From positions 1-64,000 of IMG/VR virus record IMGVR_UViG_3300046808_001241: 64,000 bases of DNA; one strand, given 5' to 3'. The position numbers and the translations under genes are program-made. Numbering within the stretch: position 1 is the stretch's first letter; the number at the start of each line of letters is the position of its first letter. The notes under the pieces were generated by a model. The model did not search any database. It was given only the letters and a program-made list of their open reading frames with translations, and was not told where the DNA came from. Positions 42,967 to 53,913 of the stretch are shown here, in pieces.

Positions 42967-43380
42967 GTGAGTGAAAAAACTACATCTGATCTTTTTTTAG
43001 AATATCATCAAAAGATTGAAGAATTTCTTAAAATTGATGAATTGAATCTCAAGGATGCTCAAATGTCTTTGCCTTCTGTAAGACATTATTGGGTTGGTCG
43101 TTTGATGTTCCATAAACAGCAAATAGGTAAGTTTAAAAAAGCTAGAGAAAAGGCCACTAAAGCTCTTAGACAAAAGTTAGAACACGAGTCTCCAGTCGGT
43201 CTTACATCAAAAACAATAACTGAATCGATTACCCAAAATGATATTGTTCTTAAGATTGATGATGAAATTGCAAACCATGAAATTTTAGTAGAGTACCTTA
43301 CAAAAGTAGAAAATAATTTTAGAGATGCTCAGCATGGTTTATCAAACTTGACTAAGATTATAACTTTAGAAACAACATAA
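42967..43380 (+). CDS. uvsY: recombination mediator UvsY
   Basis: 137 aa helical protein directly before uvsW; IDELNL, T4 synteny. Confidence 0.75.
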   Translation: MSEKTTSDLFLEYHQKIEEFLKIDELNLKDAQMSLPSVRHYWVGRLMFHKQQIGKFKKAREKATKALRQKLEHESPVGLTSKTITESITQNDIVLKIDDEIANHEILVEYLTKVENNFRDAQHGLSNLTKIITLETT

Positions 43381-44819
43381 TGGAAGTTTTGTTTGATTTT
43401 GATACAGTTTCCAGAAAGCCAAAAATTATTTCTGAGTTTTTAGATCAAATCCGTGAACATTTTTCCGTAGAAGATAAAGCGCTAGTCTTTATGAGAAAGC
43501 GATATGGACGCAATATGCCGGTTCGCAAATACGCAATCGCTAATAAAGGAAATTTTGATTTGCCGTTTTATCAAGAAATTTGTAAAGAAATAACTGAAAC
43601 ATTTCCCAGTCTTATACTTAAAAAAACAAACAAATTCGATCAGCTTGTACGAGACAAACAAATTGCAAAAGAGTTGGTCAAACTAAAATTAGAACCAAGA
43701 GACTACCAGAAAGAATCTGCAAAACTAGCCTTACAAAAAGGAAACGGAATTATTGTTCTTCCTACATCAGCTGGGAAGACATTTACAATGGCGTTAATAT
43801 CAGCAACGGCTATTAAAGAAAAGAGCTATAATATTTTTATAATTGTTCCAAATATTCAACTTGTTCAGCAAACATATCAAGATTTTTTGGATTACGGAAT
43901 TGATGAGAATTTAGTTTCCAAATGGACGGGGAATAACGAATATAGAGGCACAAAGATTGTCATTTCAAACAGTCAAATACTACTATCTGAAAAACAAGAT
44001 ACGACTGTGCTCAAAGACTTTCAATGTGTAATTGTAGATGAGTGCCATAAAATTGCTACGGCTACTGAGATTACAAAGCTAGTTAAAAAGTTGAACTCTG
44101 ATCATATTTTTGGTTTGACTGGTTCATTGCCTGAAAACAAATTTGATATTTGGTCTTTAAATAGAATTTTTGGTTCTGTAATTTATCATAAAAAATCTAT
44201 AGAATTGAGACAGGATCAATACATATCAAGAGTCAGAGTCGTAGGATTAGAAATTCAATACTCAAACGTACCAAACTTTACGAGACCTTCTATGTCTGAA
44301 CCAACTGCTGGATACGAAGAGGAAACGACTTGGTTACACACTAATAAGTTTAGAAATGAATTAATAGGAAATTTAATCGATAAACTAGACACTAATACAC
44401 TTGTCCTTGTCGATAGAATTGTTCATGGAGAAATTTTGTTAGAGCATTTAAAACAAAAAACGTCAAAACAAATTTACTTTATTCAAGGTTCTGTAGATGT
44501 AGAAGAACGAGAAAAGCTCAGACAGTTAATGGAAGAAACGCATGGAATCGTTTGTGTTGCTATTTCTAAAATTTTTTCTACTGGCATTTCAATAAAAAAC
44601 CTACACAACGTTGTTTTCGCGGCTATCGGAAAAGCGAGGATTAAGATCATTCAATCAATTGGAAGAAGTTTGAGATTGCATCAAACAAAAGAAATAGCAA
44701 CAATCTTTGATGTAGCTGATGTTAATTTAACATACGGTTATAAACATTTTGAAGAAAGAAAACGTTTATATGAATCCGAAAAAATTCCTATCGTATGCAA
44801 ACAGTTTGTTGAAAAGTAA
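43380..44819 (+). CDS. uvsW: SF2 helicase UvsW
   Basis: PRDYQ, PTSAGKT, VDECH, TGS, STGISIK, QSIGR.LR. Confidence 0.92.
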   Translation: MEVLFDFDTVSRKPKIISEFLDQIREHFSVEDKALVFMRKRYGRNMPVRKYAIANKGNFDLPFYQEICKEITETFPSLILKKTNKFDQLVRDKQIAKELVKLKLEPRDYQKESAKLALQKGNGIIVLPTSAGKTFTMALISATAIKEKSYNIFIIVPNIQLVQQTYQDFLDYGIDENLVSKWTGNNEYRGTKIVISNSQILLSEKQDTTVLKDFQCVIVDECHKIATATEITKLVKKLNSDHIFGLTGSLPENKFDIWSLNRIFGSVIYHKKSIELRQDQYISRVRVVGLEIQYSNVPNFTRPSMSEPTAGYEEETTWLHTNKFRNELIGNLIDKLDTNTLVLVDRIVHGEILLEHLKQKTSKQIYFIQGSVDVEEREKLRQLMEETHGIVCVAISKIFSTGISIKNLHNVVFAAIGKARIKIIQSIGRSLRLHQTKEIATIFDVADVNLTYGYKHFEERKRLYESEKIPIVCKQFVEK

Positions 44820-44848
44820 TTTATATAACGTATACTGCAAAAAGTTTT

Positions 44849-45382
44849 ATGAGTCAAGTTCTAAAAAAACCCAAAAAGAAAAAAGTTGAAGCAATTTCAA
44901 CAGCAAAAGAAAATCAACCAAAGCGAGTTAGGAGAACTAAAGAGGAACTCAAGGATGTATATATAGATCCAATTGCAATGGAAGCTTTAATTGAAGAATA
45001 TTACGCTTCGGACATCATCTCAAATCGCTTAGCTGAAATGGTTCAAATGATCGCCGTACGATTGGGGTTAGCTCGTAACTTTTACTCTTACAGCTTCAAG
45101 ACCGAAATGCAGGGAGATGCGATTGTAAAAATGATGACGGCTTTGAGAAGAAAGCGTTTTAAATGTGGATCTGGTTATAATCCCTTTTCCTACTTTACAA
45201 AAGTGGCTTATCACGCTTTTCAAAATTGTATTAAAAAATCCAAAAAAGATTTTGAAACGTTGAAGCGCTATCAGGAGGAAATTTACGAAGATCACGTTTG
45301 TACGGGTCAAATACCTTCACGTAAAAACACACGTTATGGTGGCTCTGATGACTACACACAAAATGGACACTTCGAAGATTAA
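44849..45382 (+). CDS. 55: late-transcription sigma factor gp55
   Basis: NF.SY..K.EM..DA, NPFSYFT...Y.AF...IKK.K; synteny between uvsW and 47. Confidence 0.85.
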   Translation: MSQVLKKPKKKKVEAISTAKENQPKRVRRTKEELKDVYIDPIAMEALIEEYYASDIISNRLAEMVQMIAVRLGLARNFYSYSFKTEMQGDAIVKMMTALRRKRFKCGSGYNPFSYFTKVAYHAFQNCIKKSKKDFETLKRYQEEIYEDHVCTGQIPSRKNTRYGGSDDYTQNGHFED

Positions 45383-46427
45383 TCCAAAAAATAACAAAGT
45401 TCTTTTCTTTTCCGATTTGCATTTGGGAGTTCATCAAAATTCCCAAACTTGGCACAAAATTGCTTTGGATCTAGCCGAGTGGATTAACCAAGTCATGAAA
45501 GACAATAAGTTGAATACTATCTTTTTTGCAGGGGATGTGTTTCATGATCGTCATGAAATTGGAGTAAATACATTACACGTTGCTAAAAAGTTCTTTAATA
45601 TTCTAAAAGATTATAATATTCACATCGTGCCTGGCAACCACGATGCCTTTCTTTCATCGACCGTTGAAATTAATTCTGTAGAAATTCTGGAATCGGAAAA
45701 TATTTGCGTTTATACAAATCCGACTACACTAACGGTTGGAGAAAAATTAGTCACCTTTTGTCCGTGGAAAACTATAGTTAAAGATCTACAAAAAGTAGAC
45801 ATGTTGGTTGGCCATTTTGAAATAGCCAACTTTAAAATGAACGCAACAAAAATTTGCGATCACGGAGACAGTTCTACTGATTTGCTTGAAAAAGCTGAAG
45901 CAGTGGTTACAGGTCATTTTCATTACAGAGAACAAAGAAACTACGATGACAAGTTTGTTTTGTATTTGGGGTCGCCTTATGAAATGGATTTTGGAGATAG
46001 AAACCAACAAAAAGGAGTTTCTATTATTGACTTCGATGACAAGTTTAATGTCGAGTTTATTGAAAACGATTTAACACCAAAACATTTCCGATTAAAAATT
46101 TCTGAGCTAATACAAAAACAATATACAGATCTCCCCAATATTGTTAAAAATAATATTATAAGCGTATATGTTGATACTAAAATTGATACATTGACCTTAG
46201 ATTTATTAAACACCAAACTTACCCAATATAGTCCTCTTCAGTTTAGAACAGAATTTAACGTTTTAGATAGTGCACAAGTGGATACTAAAGATGTTAAAAA
46301 ATTATCAATTGATATAGAAACCGCTTTTCAGGAGTTTGTTGAGCACGTTGAAACTAGAGCTACTAAAAAAGAAGTGCTTGATAAATGCATAGAACTTTAT
46401 AAGTTATGTCAAACTTCCCATGAGTAA
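45363..46427 (+). CDS. 47: recombination endonuclease gp47 (Mre11/SbcD-like)
   Basis: SDLHLG, GDVFH, GNHD, GHFE, GHFH. Confidence 0.92.
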   Translation: MDTSKINPKNNKVLFFSDLHLGVHQNSQTWHKIALDLAEWINQVMKDNKLNTIFFAGDVFHDRHEIGVNTLHVAKKFFNILKDYNIHIVPGNHDAFLSSTVEINSVEILESENICVYTNPTTLTVGEKLVTFCPWKTIVKDLQKVDMLVGHFEIANFKMNATKICDHGDSSTDLLEKAEAVVTGHFHYREQRNYDDKFVLYLGSPYEMDFGDRNQQKGVSIIDFDDKFNVEFIENDLTPKHFRLKISELIQKQYTDLPNIVKNNIISVYVDTKIDTLTLDLLNTKLTQYSPLQFRTEFNVLDSAQVDTKDVKKLSIDIETAFQEFVEHVETRATKKEVLDKCIELYKLCQTSHE

Positions 46428-47271
46428 AAAAGAAAAAATAGGTGTTGGAATTATTACTTGTAATAGATTAAACTATCTAAAAGGATTAGTTGATACGCTA
46501 GTTTCTTGCGAGAATTTTATTGATTGTTTAGTTGTCGTAAATGATGGAACGGATCAGCCAGACTGGAAGTTACCTTATGGTGAGTGGGTCAATAACGAGC
46601 AAAACTTAGGTGTAGCTAAATCAAAAAATAAAGCTCTAAAGCATTTACTTGACGCTCAGTGCGATTTTTTCTTTTTAATTGAGGATGACATGCTCATTAA
46701 AGATCCAACCGTATTTGAGCAATATATTAATGCATTTAAGGTAAGTGGAATTCAGCATTTTAATTACGGACCTGGATCGCCTTTTAATCGCAAGCAAGCT
46801 ATAGTTAATTATGATTTGCACAACAGACATCTTCTTGACGAAAAGTCAGAGCCAAATCCTAAACTTATTGTTGATTATAAAATATGTAAGATCGCTCTAT
46901 ATGAGCATACGGTTGCAATGTTTTCGTTTTTCACTAGAGAGTTGTTAGAAAAAGGACTGGGCTTCATGCCAGAAGAATATGACAGGTGTTGGGAGCATGT
47001 AGATAGCACTTACCAAATCATCAAAGCTGGCTATCATCCGCCATTTTGGTGGTTTGCAGATATTGCAAACAGTCACGAACTTGTTGCGGAAGCTCCAGGA
47101 GCAATTGAGAATTCTTCGATTGCTAAAAACAAGGATGAATGGATGCAGCGTGTAATGGAAGGAAGGGAAATTTATAAACGTAAGCACGGACACTATCCAA
47201 ATCAACCGCCTCAACACACCAAAGAGGAGGTCATTGAAATTTTAAAACAAATTAAAACAAATGGTAAATGA
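46420..47271 (+). CDS. GT-A (family 2-like) glycosyltransferase
   Basis: IITCNR, VVNDG, N.GVAKSKN, IEDD, WEH. Confidence 0.85.
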   Translation: MSKKEKIGVGIITCNRLNYLKGLVDTLVSCENFIDCLVVVNDGTDQPDWKLPYGEWVNNEQNLGVAKSKNKALKHLLDAQCDFFFLIEDDMLIKDPTVFEQYINAFKVSGIQHFNYGPGSPFNRKQAIVNYDLHNRHLLDEKSEPNPKLIVDYKICKIALYEHTVAMFSFFTRELLEKGLGFMPEEYDRCWEHVDSTYQIIKAGYHPPFWWFADIANSHELVAEAPGAIENSSIAKNKDEWMQRVMEGREIYKRKHGHYPNQPPQHTKEEVIEILKQIKTNGK

Positions 47272-48040
47272 AATTATAACTTTTGGACAAGGATATAAAC
47301 TAAGTCCTGGAATTAAAGTGTTTGTGCAAAGCGCTAAAAAAATTTGCAATAACGTGACTATTATTTGTTCTGGGCTGTCAAAAGATCTGACTGATTATCT
47401 CGAAAATAATAAAGTCAATTTAATTGATGCTAAAGAATTAGCTTTAAAGCACAATGTACAAACCAACATTTCGCCTTATACATTAAAAGTAATTTATTTT
47501 TATTTATATGTTAAAAATTACTCTTCCGCTTCCAATGTATATCTTTGTGATTTTACTGACATATATTTTCAAAAAAGTCCTTTTGATTTAATACAAAATA
47601 TAAGACCTTATGTCACTAGTGAGAATCACTTTATTTGCAATTGCGAAACTAATACAACATGGATAAAACTTTGTTATAACAATGACATTTATAACTTGCT
47701 TAAAAAATATCAAATTATAAACGGAGGCAGTATACTAGGAAACAGAGAAACTGTAGTAAATCTTCTTAAGGAAATGTGTGCTGATATGACTCAAATAATT
47801 TCAAGAATTGGAAATTATCAAAACATTGATCAAGCGTCTTTAAATAAAACCATTTATTTTGATCAGCATCGTTACAATGTGTTAAACGATTTTGAAATTA
47901 TAAATATGGCTCATTTTGGAAACGCCAAGGTGGATTTGAATAAAGAATTTATTACAATTAATGGCAATGTTCCGCATATCATTCATCAATATGACGTCAT
48001 TAAAACATTAGAAAATAATCTGTATGTCAATCATCAATAA
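47261..48040 (+). CDS. GT-A-like glycosyltransferase
   Basis: CDFTDIYFQKSPF, INGGSILG, DQASLN, HQYD. Confidence 0.75.
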   Translation: MVNEIITFGQGYKLSPGIKVFVQSAKKICNNVTIICSGLSKDLTDYLENNKVNLIDAKELALKHNVQTNISPYTLKVIYFYLYVKNYSSASNVYLCDFTDIYFQKSPFDLIQNIRPYVTSENHFICNCETNTTWIKLCYNNDIYNLLKKYQIINGGSILGNRETVVNLLKEMCADMTQIISRIGNYQNIDQASLNKTIYFDQHRYNVLNDFEIINMAHFGNAKVDLNKEFITINGNVPHIIHQYDVIKTLENNLYVNHQ

Positions 48041-48770
48041 TAAATTCGACGTCATTATACTTTCTTTAGCTTTAGATGATGAAAGTTTTAATACCACTAA
48101 AACATGCATAGAATCTTACATTGTCACTGCTAATGAACTGATTAATAAAATTTTTGTAGTAGAAACAAATATCGAGTTTAATCGAGATTATAAACAACCA
48201 AAAGTAGAAATCATAAAGCCCGGCAAACGATTTAACTATAACGAATTTTATAATATTGCTTTGAGTAAATGTGAAGCAGAATTTGTTATAGGACCGAACA
48301 ATGATCTTGTAATTCAACCAAATTGCATTCAAACATTGCTGAGAGAATTTCAAGCAAACAGCTGTATAAGTTCGATATCGCCAATCGATAGAGAATGGCA
48401 CAGACATACAAAGATGTATTTGCCGTTAGACAACAAACTCTATCATGGTTATGAAGTGTCGTTACATATGTTTGGATGCATTTTTGCATGCCGGCGTTCT
48501 GTTTTTAGTGAAATAGGCTTCTTAGATGAAAAGTTTTATTTCTTTTATCAAGACAATGATTATGCGATGTCTTTAGAAAGATGTGGTATTTTGCACGGAG
48601 CTCATACGGGAGCGTTAGTTAAACACCAATCTGGAAATTCTAATAAAAATGCAGAAGATAGACTCAAATATACTCCTAAAAATATGAACGAGCAGGGAGA
48701 TCTTTTAGCAAGTAAATGGTCATCAGAACCTTTTGTATCAGGAGGTTTTAAAAAATTTAAAGATTATTAA
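48024..48770 (+). CDS. GT-A (family 2-like) glycosyltransferase
   Basis: FNYNEFYN, NNDL, IGFLDE.F.F.YQDNDY. Confidence 0.85.
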   Translation: MSIINNKFDVIILSLALDDESFNTTKTCIESYIVTANELINKIFVVETNIEFNRDYKQPKVEIIKPGKRFNYNEFYNIALSKCEAEFVIGPNNDLVIQPNCIQTLLREFQANSCISSISPIDREWHRHTKMYLPLDNKLYHGYEVSLHMFGCIFACRRSVFSEIGFLDEKFYFFYQDNDYAMSLERCGILHGAHTGALVKHQSGNSNKNAEDRLKYTPKNMNEQGDLLASKWSSEPFVSGGFKKFKDY

Positions 48771-49711
48771 TGAAAAACGTAGCATTCCACTCGAATCAAC
48801 TAGGTATACGAGGAACAGAGGTTGCTTTGTATGATTACGCTTTGTATAATGAAATAATTTTGGGAAACAAATCTTTTATTTTATCAGACAAACATAAAGA
48901 TTTACAAGCACTTAAAAAGTTTCAAGACAAGTTTAGTGTGTTCTTATACGATTCATTTGAAGACACTTTTAAATTTACTAAAGACAGAGATATAACACAT
49001 GTTTACTTTATTAAAGGCGGGGACAATGACCGTAAAGTAATCCCCAACACTAAAAATGCTATCCACGCAGTCTTTCAAGAAAAGGACTTACATGGAGATT
49101 CATACGCATACGTTTCTAAGTGGCTTGCTGAAAAGATGGACTCTCCAGAGAAGTATGTTCCGCACATCGTCACATTACCTCCTCCACTCAAAAATTATAG
49201 AAATAAGCTCGGCTTAACAGACGAACAACTTATTATAGGCCGATATGGAGGCTTAAATGAATTTGATCTGCCATTTGCTAAACAAGCCGTAATAAATGCT
49301 GCTAAAAGCCGACCTGATATCGTATTTTTATTCATGAATACAGCTGCGTTTTGCAATCAAGCAAACATTATTTTTATTGAAGGCACGTGCAATTTGCAAA
49401 ATAAATCGGATTATATTAATACTTGCGATTACATGCTTCACGCAAGACATAGAGGAGAAAGTTTTGGACTAGCTATATCCGAATTTTTGTTTCACGACAA
49501 ACCGGTTATAAGTTGGAAAAATGGTTTAGATAGAAATCATATAGAAATATTGGGAGACAAAGGTATTTGGTACGATAGTGAATATCAGCTAAATAATTTG
49601 CTTTTAAATTTAAACAAAAACGACAAACCTCGAGGTTATTACAAATCTATCGTAGATCAATTTTGTCCGGAAGTTGTAATGAAGAGATTTGATCAAGTCT
49701 TTCTTCGATGA
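48770..49711 (+). CDS. GT-B (family 4-like) glycosyltransferase
   Basis: RGTEVALYDYA, GESFGLAISE. Confidence 0.85.
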   Translation: MKNVAFHSNQLGIRGTEVALYDYALYNEIILGNKSFILSDKHKDLQALKKFQDKFSVFLYDSFEDTFKFTKDRDITHVYFIKGGDNDRKVIPNTKNAIHAVFQEKDLHGDSYAYVSKWLAEKMDSPEKYVPHIVTLPPPLKNYRNKLGLTDEQLIIGRYGGLNEFDLPFAKQAVINAAKSRPDIVFLFMNTAAFCNQANIIFIEGTCNLQNKSDYINTCDYMLHARHRGESFGLAISEFLFHDKPVISWKNGLDRNHIEILGDKGIWYDSEYQLNNLLLNLNKNDKPRGYYKSIVDQFCPEVVMKRFDQVFLR

Positions 49712-50622
49712 AAACCATATCAATTATTGCTCCATATCGAAAGGGAGACGTATGGTCCGTTCCTTTAAGTTATTACTATGAGTTTAAACGTTTGGGGTAC
49801 AATGTTAAAATTTTTAATAACTTAAACGAGGACCAGCCTGGCATTACGCAAATGGATCCAAGAGCTTGGAACGAAGAAGGGCTACAACAATTATTAAAGG
49901 AAGCAAACGATGGAATTTTTGTACCAAATTTAATATTTCATTTTGATTTTGGCTTATATAAATCTCCTTTCCTTAACAAAAAACATTTTCCAAAAGCTTT
50001 GTGGATTTATGAATCTGGGGACGATCCGCAATGTTTTTCGTATAACTTTGAAAAAGTAAAATCGGGCAATTTTGATTTAATTATGTCTCCTGACATTAGA
50101 GCAGTAAATGAGTACAACAAGAGAGGGTTTAAAGCCGTATGGTCTCCGCACTTTGCTGACCCGCTTTTTTTAGGAGAAGAAATCGAACCAGCATATGACG
50201 CGATTACATCTAGACATTTTAGCGAACCTTTTTTTAAAGAATTAAAAGGCAGATTAGGGGAACGTTTTTTTGCCAGAGATCAATTTATAAACGAAAAAGA
50301 CCATTTACAGTTTTTAAAACAAGGCAAGATTATTGTACAGAACAGCAAGTACAAAGAAATAACCAGGAGAATATTTGAGGGTATGCTAGCCAACAGGCTC
50401 GTAATAACCGATCGTCCGGATCCAGCCACAAAAATCGATCTTATTTTTAAAGAAAATGTTGATATAGTTTATTTTGATAATATTGACGATTGTGTAAAAA
50501 AAATTAAATATTTTTCCTCAAATCAAAAAGAACTGGAGCGGATATCTAAAACTGGATACAACAAAGTTCTTAAAAACCACACTATACAAAAAAGAATCCA
50601 ACACTTAATAAAAATATTATGA
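49708..50622 (+). CDS. GT-B glycosyltransferase (CgeB/YkvP-like)
   Basis: GDDPQ, RRIFEGM, I.K.GY.KVL.NHT. Confidence 0.75.
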   Translation: MKTISIIAPYRKGDVWSVPLSYYYEFKRLGYNVKIFNNLNEDQPGITQMDPRAWNEEGLQQLLKEANDGIFVPNLIFHFDFGLYKSPFLNKKHFPKALWIYESGDDPQCFSYNFEKVKSGNFDLIMSPDIRAVNEYNKRGFKAVWSPHFADPLFLGEEIEPAYDAITSRHFSEPFFKELKGRLGERFFARDQFINEKDHLQFLKQGKIIVQNSKYKEITRRIFEGMLANRLVITDRPDPATKIDLIFKENVDIVYFDNIDDCVKKIKYFSSNQKELERISKTGYNKVLKNHTIQKRIQHLIKIL

Positions 50623-51470
50623 AAATTTTATATCTAACCAAGGGAGATCACGTAGACTACCAAAACGATTGCTTGTTAATTGGTTTAAAAGAGCTGTTTG
50701 GTACGAGCGTTGTAGACTTTAACAAACAAGAACATAACTACACAACATATAGTGAACAAAGTGCTAGAAAATTATATGGAAAAGGAATGTCTGTTACGAA
50801 AGTTTTGCCAGATTTAGAAGTAGATAGAACTGACATTACAAGCAAGATTAAAAATCGTTATTTTGATTATATTGTTTACGGCTCAATATGGCGTTGCAAC
50901 GACTATCTTGATAAGATCTTACAATATTATCCTAAAAATCAAGTAATAGCTGTAGACGGAGAAGACGAAACAAATATACACAAGTGTTTCGATCTCGGAA
51001 TCTTGTACTTTAAAAGAGAATTACGTTTGAAGCACGAACGTCTGTTTCCTATTTCTTTTGCTATGCCTACAAACAAAGGGGTCTTTAATAAAGATAAAAT
51101 TAAACAGTTTTCGTTTATTACTCCCTTGAATAGACAAACATACATTTACGATAACGAACAAGATTATTATAAAGATTATCAAGAAGCAATGTTTGGTATT
51201 ACGCTTAAAAAAGCAGGATGGGATTGCATGAGACACTATGAGATTTTATCGAATGGTTGTATTCCGTTTTTTATAGACGTAGAAAAATGTCCGGAACTTA
51301 CAATGACTCACTTTCCTAAAACCTTATGCAAAGAAGTAAATCAAAACTTCAAAAGCTTGACGGCAGACCAAATTTATGATAAGTTTATTAATCAGTTTGA
51401 GGAACACTTTAAACAAAACAACACTACTAAGGCTCTAGCAAATTATTTTATTAACTCGATTAAATTATGA
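50619..51470 (+). CDS. glycosyltransferase-like protein
   Basis: GWDCMRHYEIL..GCIP. Confidence 0.7.
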   Translation: MKILYLTKGDHVDYQNDCLLIGLKELFGTSVVDFNKQEHNYTTYSEQSARKLYGKGMSVTKVLPDLEVDRTDITSKIKNRYFDYIVYGSIWRCNDYLDKILQYYPKNQVIAVDGEDETNIHKCFDLGILYFKRELRLKHERLFPISFAMPTNKGVFNKDKIKQFSFITPLNRQTYIYDNEQDYYKDYQEAMFGITLKKAGWDCMRHYEILSNGCIPFFIDVEKCPELTMTHFPKTLCKEVNQNFKSLTADQIYDKFINQFEEHFKQNNTTKALANYFINSIKL

Positions 51471-52042
51471 AAAGATTCGATATTATTAACCATTTAATTA
51501 AAAAATACAATTACAAAACATATCTTGAAATCGGAACTCAATTTGGAGATTGTTTTAGCAACATTGATATCGAACGCAAAGTTTGCGTAGACCCAGAAAA
51601 GAGATATGACGAACTTACTCATGAAATGACATCAGACGAATTCTTTAATCAAAATTCAGAGACGTTCGACATTGTTTTTGTTGATGGCTTGCATTTAGAA
51701 GAGCAATCCACTAAGGACATTCATAATTCATTAAAATGTTTAAACGACGGAGGAGCAATAGTAATTCACGATTGTTTGCCCCATTGCGAAGAATTTATTA
51801 AAGTATGCTGGAATGGTACGGTTTTCCGTTCAATTATCGATCTTCGTTATAATAATCCTGAGCTAAGTTTACATGTAGTTGATACAGATTGTGGATGCGG
51901 AGTTATAACTAAACAACCTCCTCTTCAAGCAGTGTACAATAAAGTACCCATCGATTTAGCAAAAACGTATTACTATTACGACACGAATAAACAAGAATTA
52001 ATGAACGTAATTTCTATCGATCAGTTCGTTTCCATGCATTGA
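51467..52042 (+). CDS. class I SAM-dependent methyltransferase
   Basis: YLEIG, VDP, FDIVFVDGLH, GGAIVIHD. Confidence 0.85.
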   Translation: MKRFDIINHLIKKYNYKTYLEIGTQFGDCFSNIDIERKVCVDPEKRYDELTHEMTSDEFFNQNSETFDIVFVDGLHLEEQSTKDIHNSLKCLNDGGAIVIHDCLPHCEEFIKVCWNGTVFRSIIDLRYNNPELSLHVVDTDCGCGVITKQPPLQAVYNKVPIDLAKTYYYYDTNKQELMNVISIDQFVSMH

Positions 52043-52081
52043 AGGTTGAAAAACTTTTCTAATGGCTTATACTTGCTTTAG

Positions 52082-53878
52082 ATGCGGTTTATAACATTTA
52101 AAACTCTTGAAGGGAAAAATTTTCTTTCCTTTGGAGATTCCACAGTACAGATAGAGTTAAGGCCTGGTGTTAATGCAATAATTGGCACAAACTATGACAA
52201 AGAAGACTCGAAAAACGGAGCAGGCAAATCAAGCGTAACTGAACTATTATACTATTCCTTGTATGGAACTACTCTTCGAGAAATTTCAAAGGATCATATA
52301 CAAAACAGTCTGACCAAAAAACGATGCGAGGTGTCTCTAGAGTTTGAAATTACTTCAAACAATACGGTTGATGTATATAAAATTATCAGAAAATTAAACC
52401 CAACTAAATGCACTTTAATTAAAAACGGACAAGATGTAACGAGATCTACGTTAGCTAAAACCAATGCTTTGATTCAAGAGCTGATTCACACACCAGCTAC
52501 TGTATTTCAAAATTCTGTAATAATGTCAGCAAACAACGCTTTACCATTCATGGCGTTACCAAAGACAGATAAAAGAAAGTTTATTGAGAGCGTTTTAGGT
52601 TTAGAAGTTTTTACACAAATGGTGTTAAAAGCTAGAGATGATTACAGTATTGCTAAAAAGGACTATGAAGTTGCGTATACTAAATTTGAGCAAATACAAA
52701 ACGAACTTAGCTTTAATCAAACACAATTTGATAACTACGAAAATTTAAAAATTGAAAGATTGAATAAGCTTAACGAAAAGAAAAAAACACTAACGTCGGA
52801 TATACAAAGCATCGAAACAAAAATCGTTAAGTCCAAAACGCTAACAAACGAAAAGGACAAAACTCAGCTAGAACATACCGAACAACAACTACAAAGTTTT
52901 ACCGACAAAAAAAGCAAACTACAAACAAAAATTAACACGATTCAAGCTGAGATTAATTCTGTCAATAAACAAATTAAGCAATTACAGACAAACAAAGATA
53001 ACTGTCCGACATGTTCTAGAGAATACTCCGAGGAGCATGTAGGTCATGTTTCTGAATTAATTGCAAAACACCAAGCGGATATTAAAAAATTTTTAGAAGC
53101 AGAGAATAAAATTAAAAATTCTGTACAAGATATAGATAAAGAGATCATTAGTCTTCAAGCTGTTAAAAAGATTTGCACGGAAAATATAGCAAATATAAAT
53201 CAAATTATTAACGATAATAAAACATACGAGCTTAGCATTAAACACTTGAAGTCAAATCTAAAAGATGTTGAAGAAGAAATAGAAGTTGTACATAAAGAAC
53301 AAAATAACGATCTCAAAGGAAAAATACTAACCCTTAAAACATCTGCAGAACACCTGCAACAAAAAGTAGACAAGTTGAATAACGAATTAAACGTGTTAGA
53401 AACGGTTAAATTTGTTATTTCCGAAGAAGGAATTAAATCTTTTATTGTCAAGAAAGTTCTTAAAGTTCTTAACTCAAGACTAGCATTTTATTTGAAAAAA
53501 CTTGAAGCAAATTGTTTGTGCAGATTCAACGAATTTTTTGATGAGGAAATAATTGACGAAAATACTAATCAAAAATCATACTTTAATTTTTCTGGAGGAG
53601 AACGTAAACGTATTGACTTGGCTTGTTTATTTGCGTTTGCTGATATTCGTAGATTACAAGGAGATGTTAATTTTAGTACAGTTTTTTATGACGAACTTCT
53701 TGATTCCTCGCTTGATGATAAAGGAGTGATGCTTACTCTTAGATTACTCAGAGAGCGCTTTAATGAAAATAATGAGACCTGTTATATTATTACACACAGA
53801 GGACCAGAAGTGCTGTGTAAAGCAGAGCATGTAATTCATGTCGTTAAACGCAACGGCGTTTCTACGATTCAATCATAG
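52082..53878 (+). CDS. 46: recombination ATPase gp46 (Rad50/SbcC-like)
   Basis: KNFLSFG, NGAGKS, CPTC hook, FSGGE, DELLD, ITH. Confidence 0.95.
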   Translation: MRFITFKTLEGKNFLSFGDSTVQIELRPGVNAIIGTNYDKEDSKNGAGKSSVTELLYYSLYGTTLREISKDHIQNSLTKKRCEVSLEFEITSNNTVDVYKIIRKLNPTKCTLIKNGQDVTRSTLAKTNALIQELIHTPATVFQNSVIMSANNALPFMALPKTDKRKFIESVLGLEVFTQMVLKARDDYSIAKKDYEVAYTKFEQIQNELSFNQTQFDNYENLKIERLNKLNEKKKTLTSDIQSIETKIVKSKTLTNEKDKTQLEHTEQQLQSFTDKKSKLQTKINTIQAEINSVNKQIKQLQTNKDNCPTCSREYSEEHVGHVSELIAKHQADIKKFLEAENKIKNSVQDIDKEIISLQAVKKICTENIANINQIINDNKTYELSIKHLKSNLKDVEEEIEVVHKEQNNDLKGKILTLKTSAEHLQQKVDKLNNELNVLETVKFVISEEGIKSFIVKKVLKVLNSRLAFYLKKLEANCLCRFNEFFDEEIIDENTNQKSYFNFSGGERKRIDLACLFAFADIRRLQGDVNFSTVFYDELLDSSLDDKGVMLTLRLLRERFNENNETCYIITHRGPEVLCKAEHVIHVVKRNGVSTIQS

Positions 53879-53913
53879 ACAAATATCAATCTATCCTTTA
53901 AATAAACTTTTAT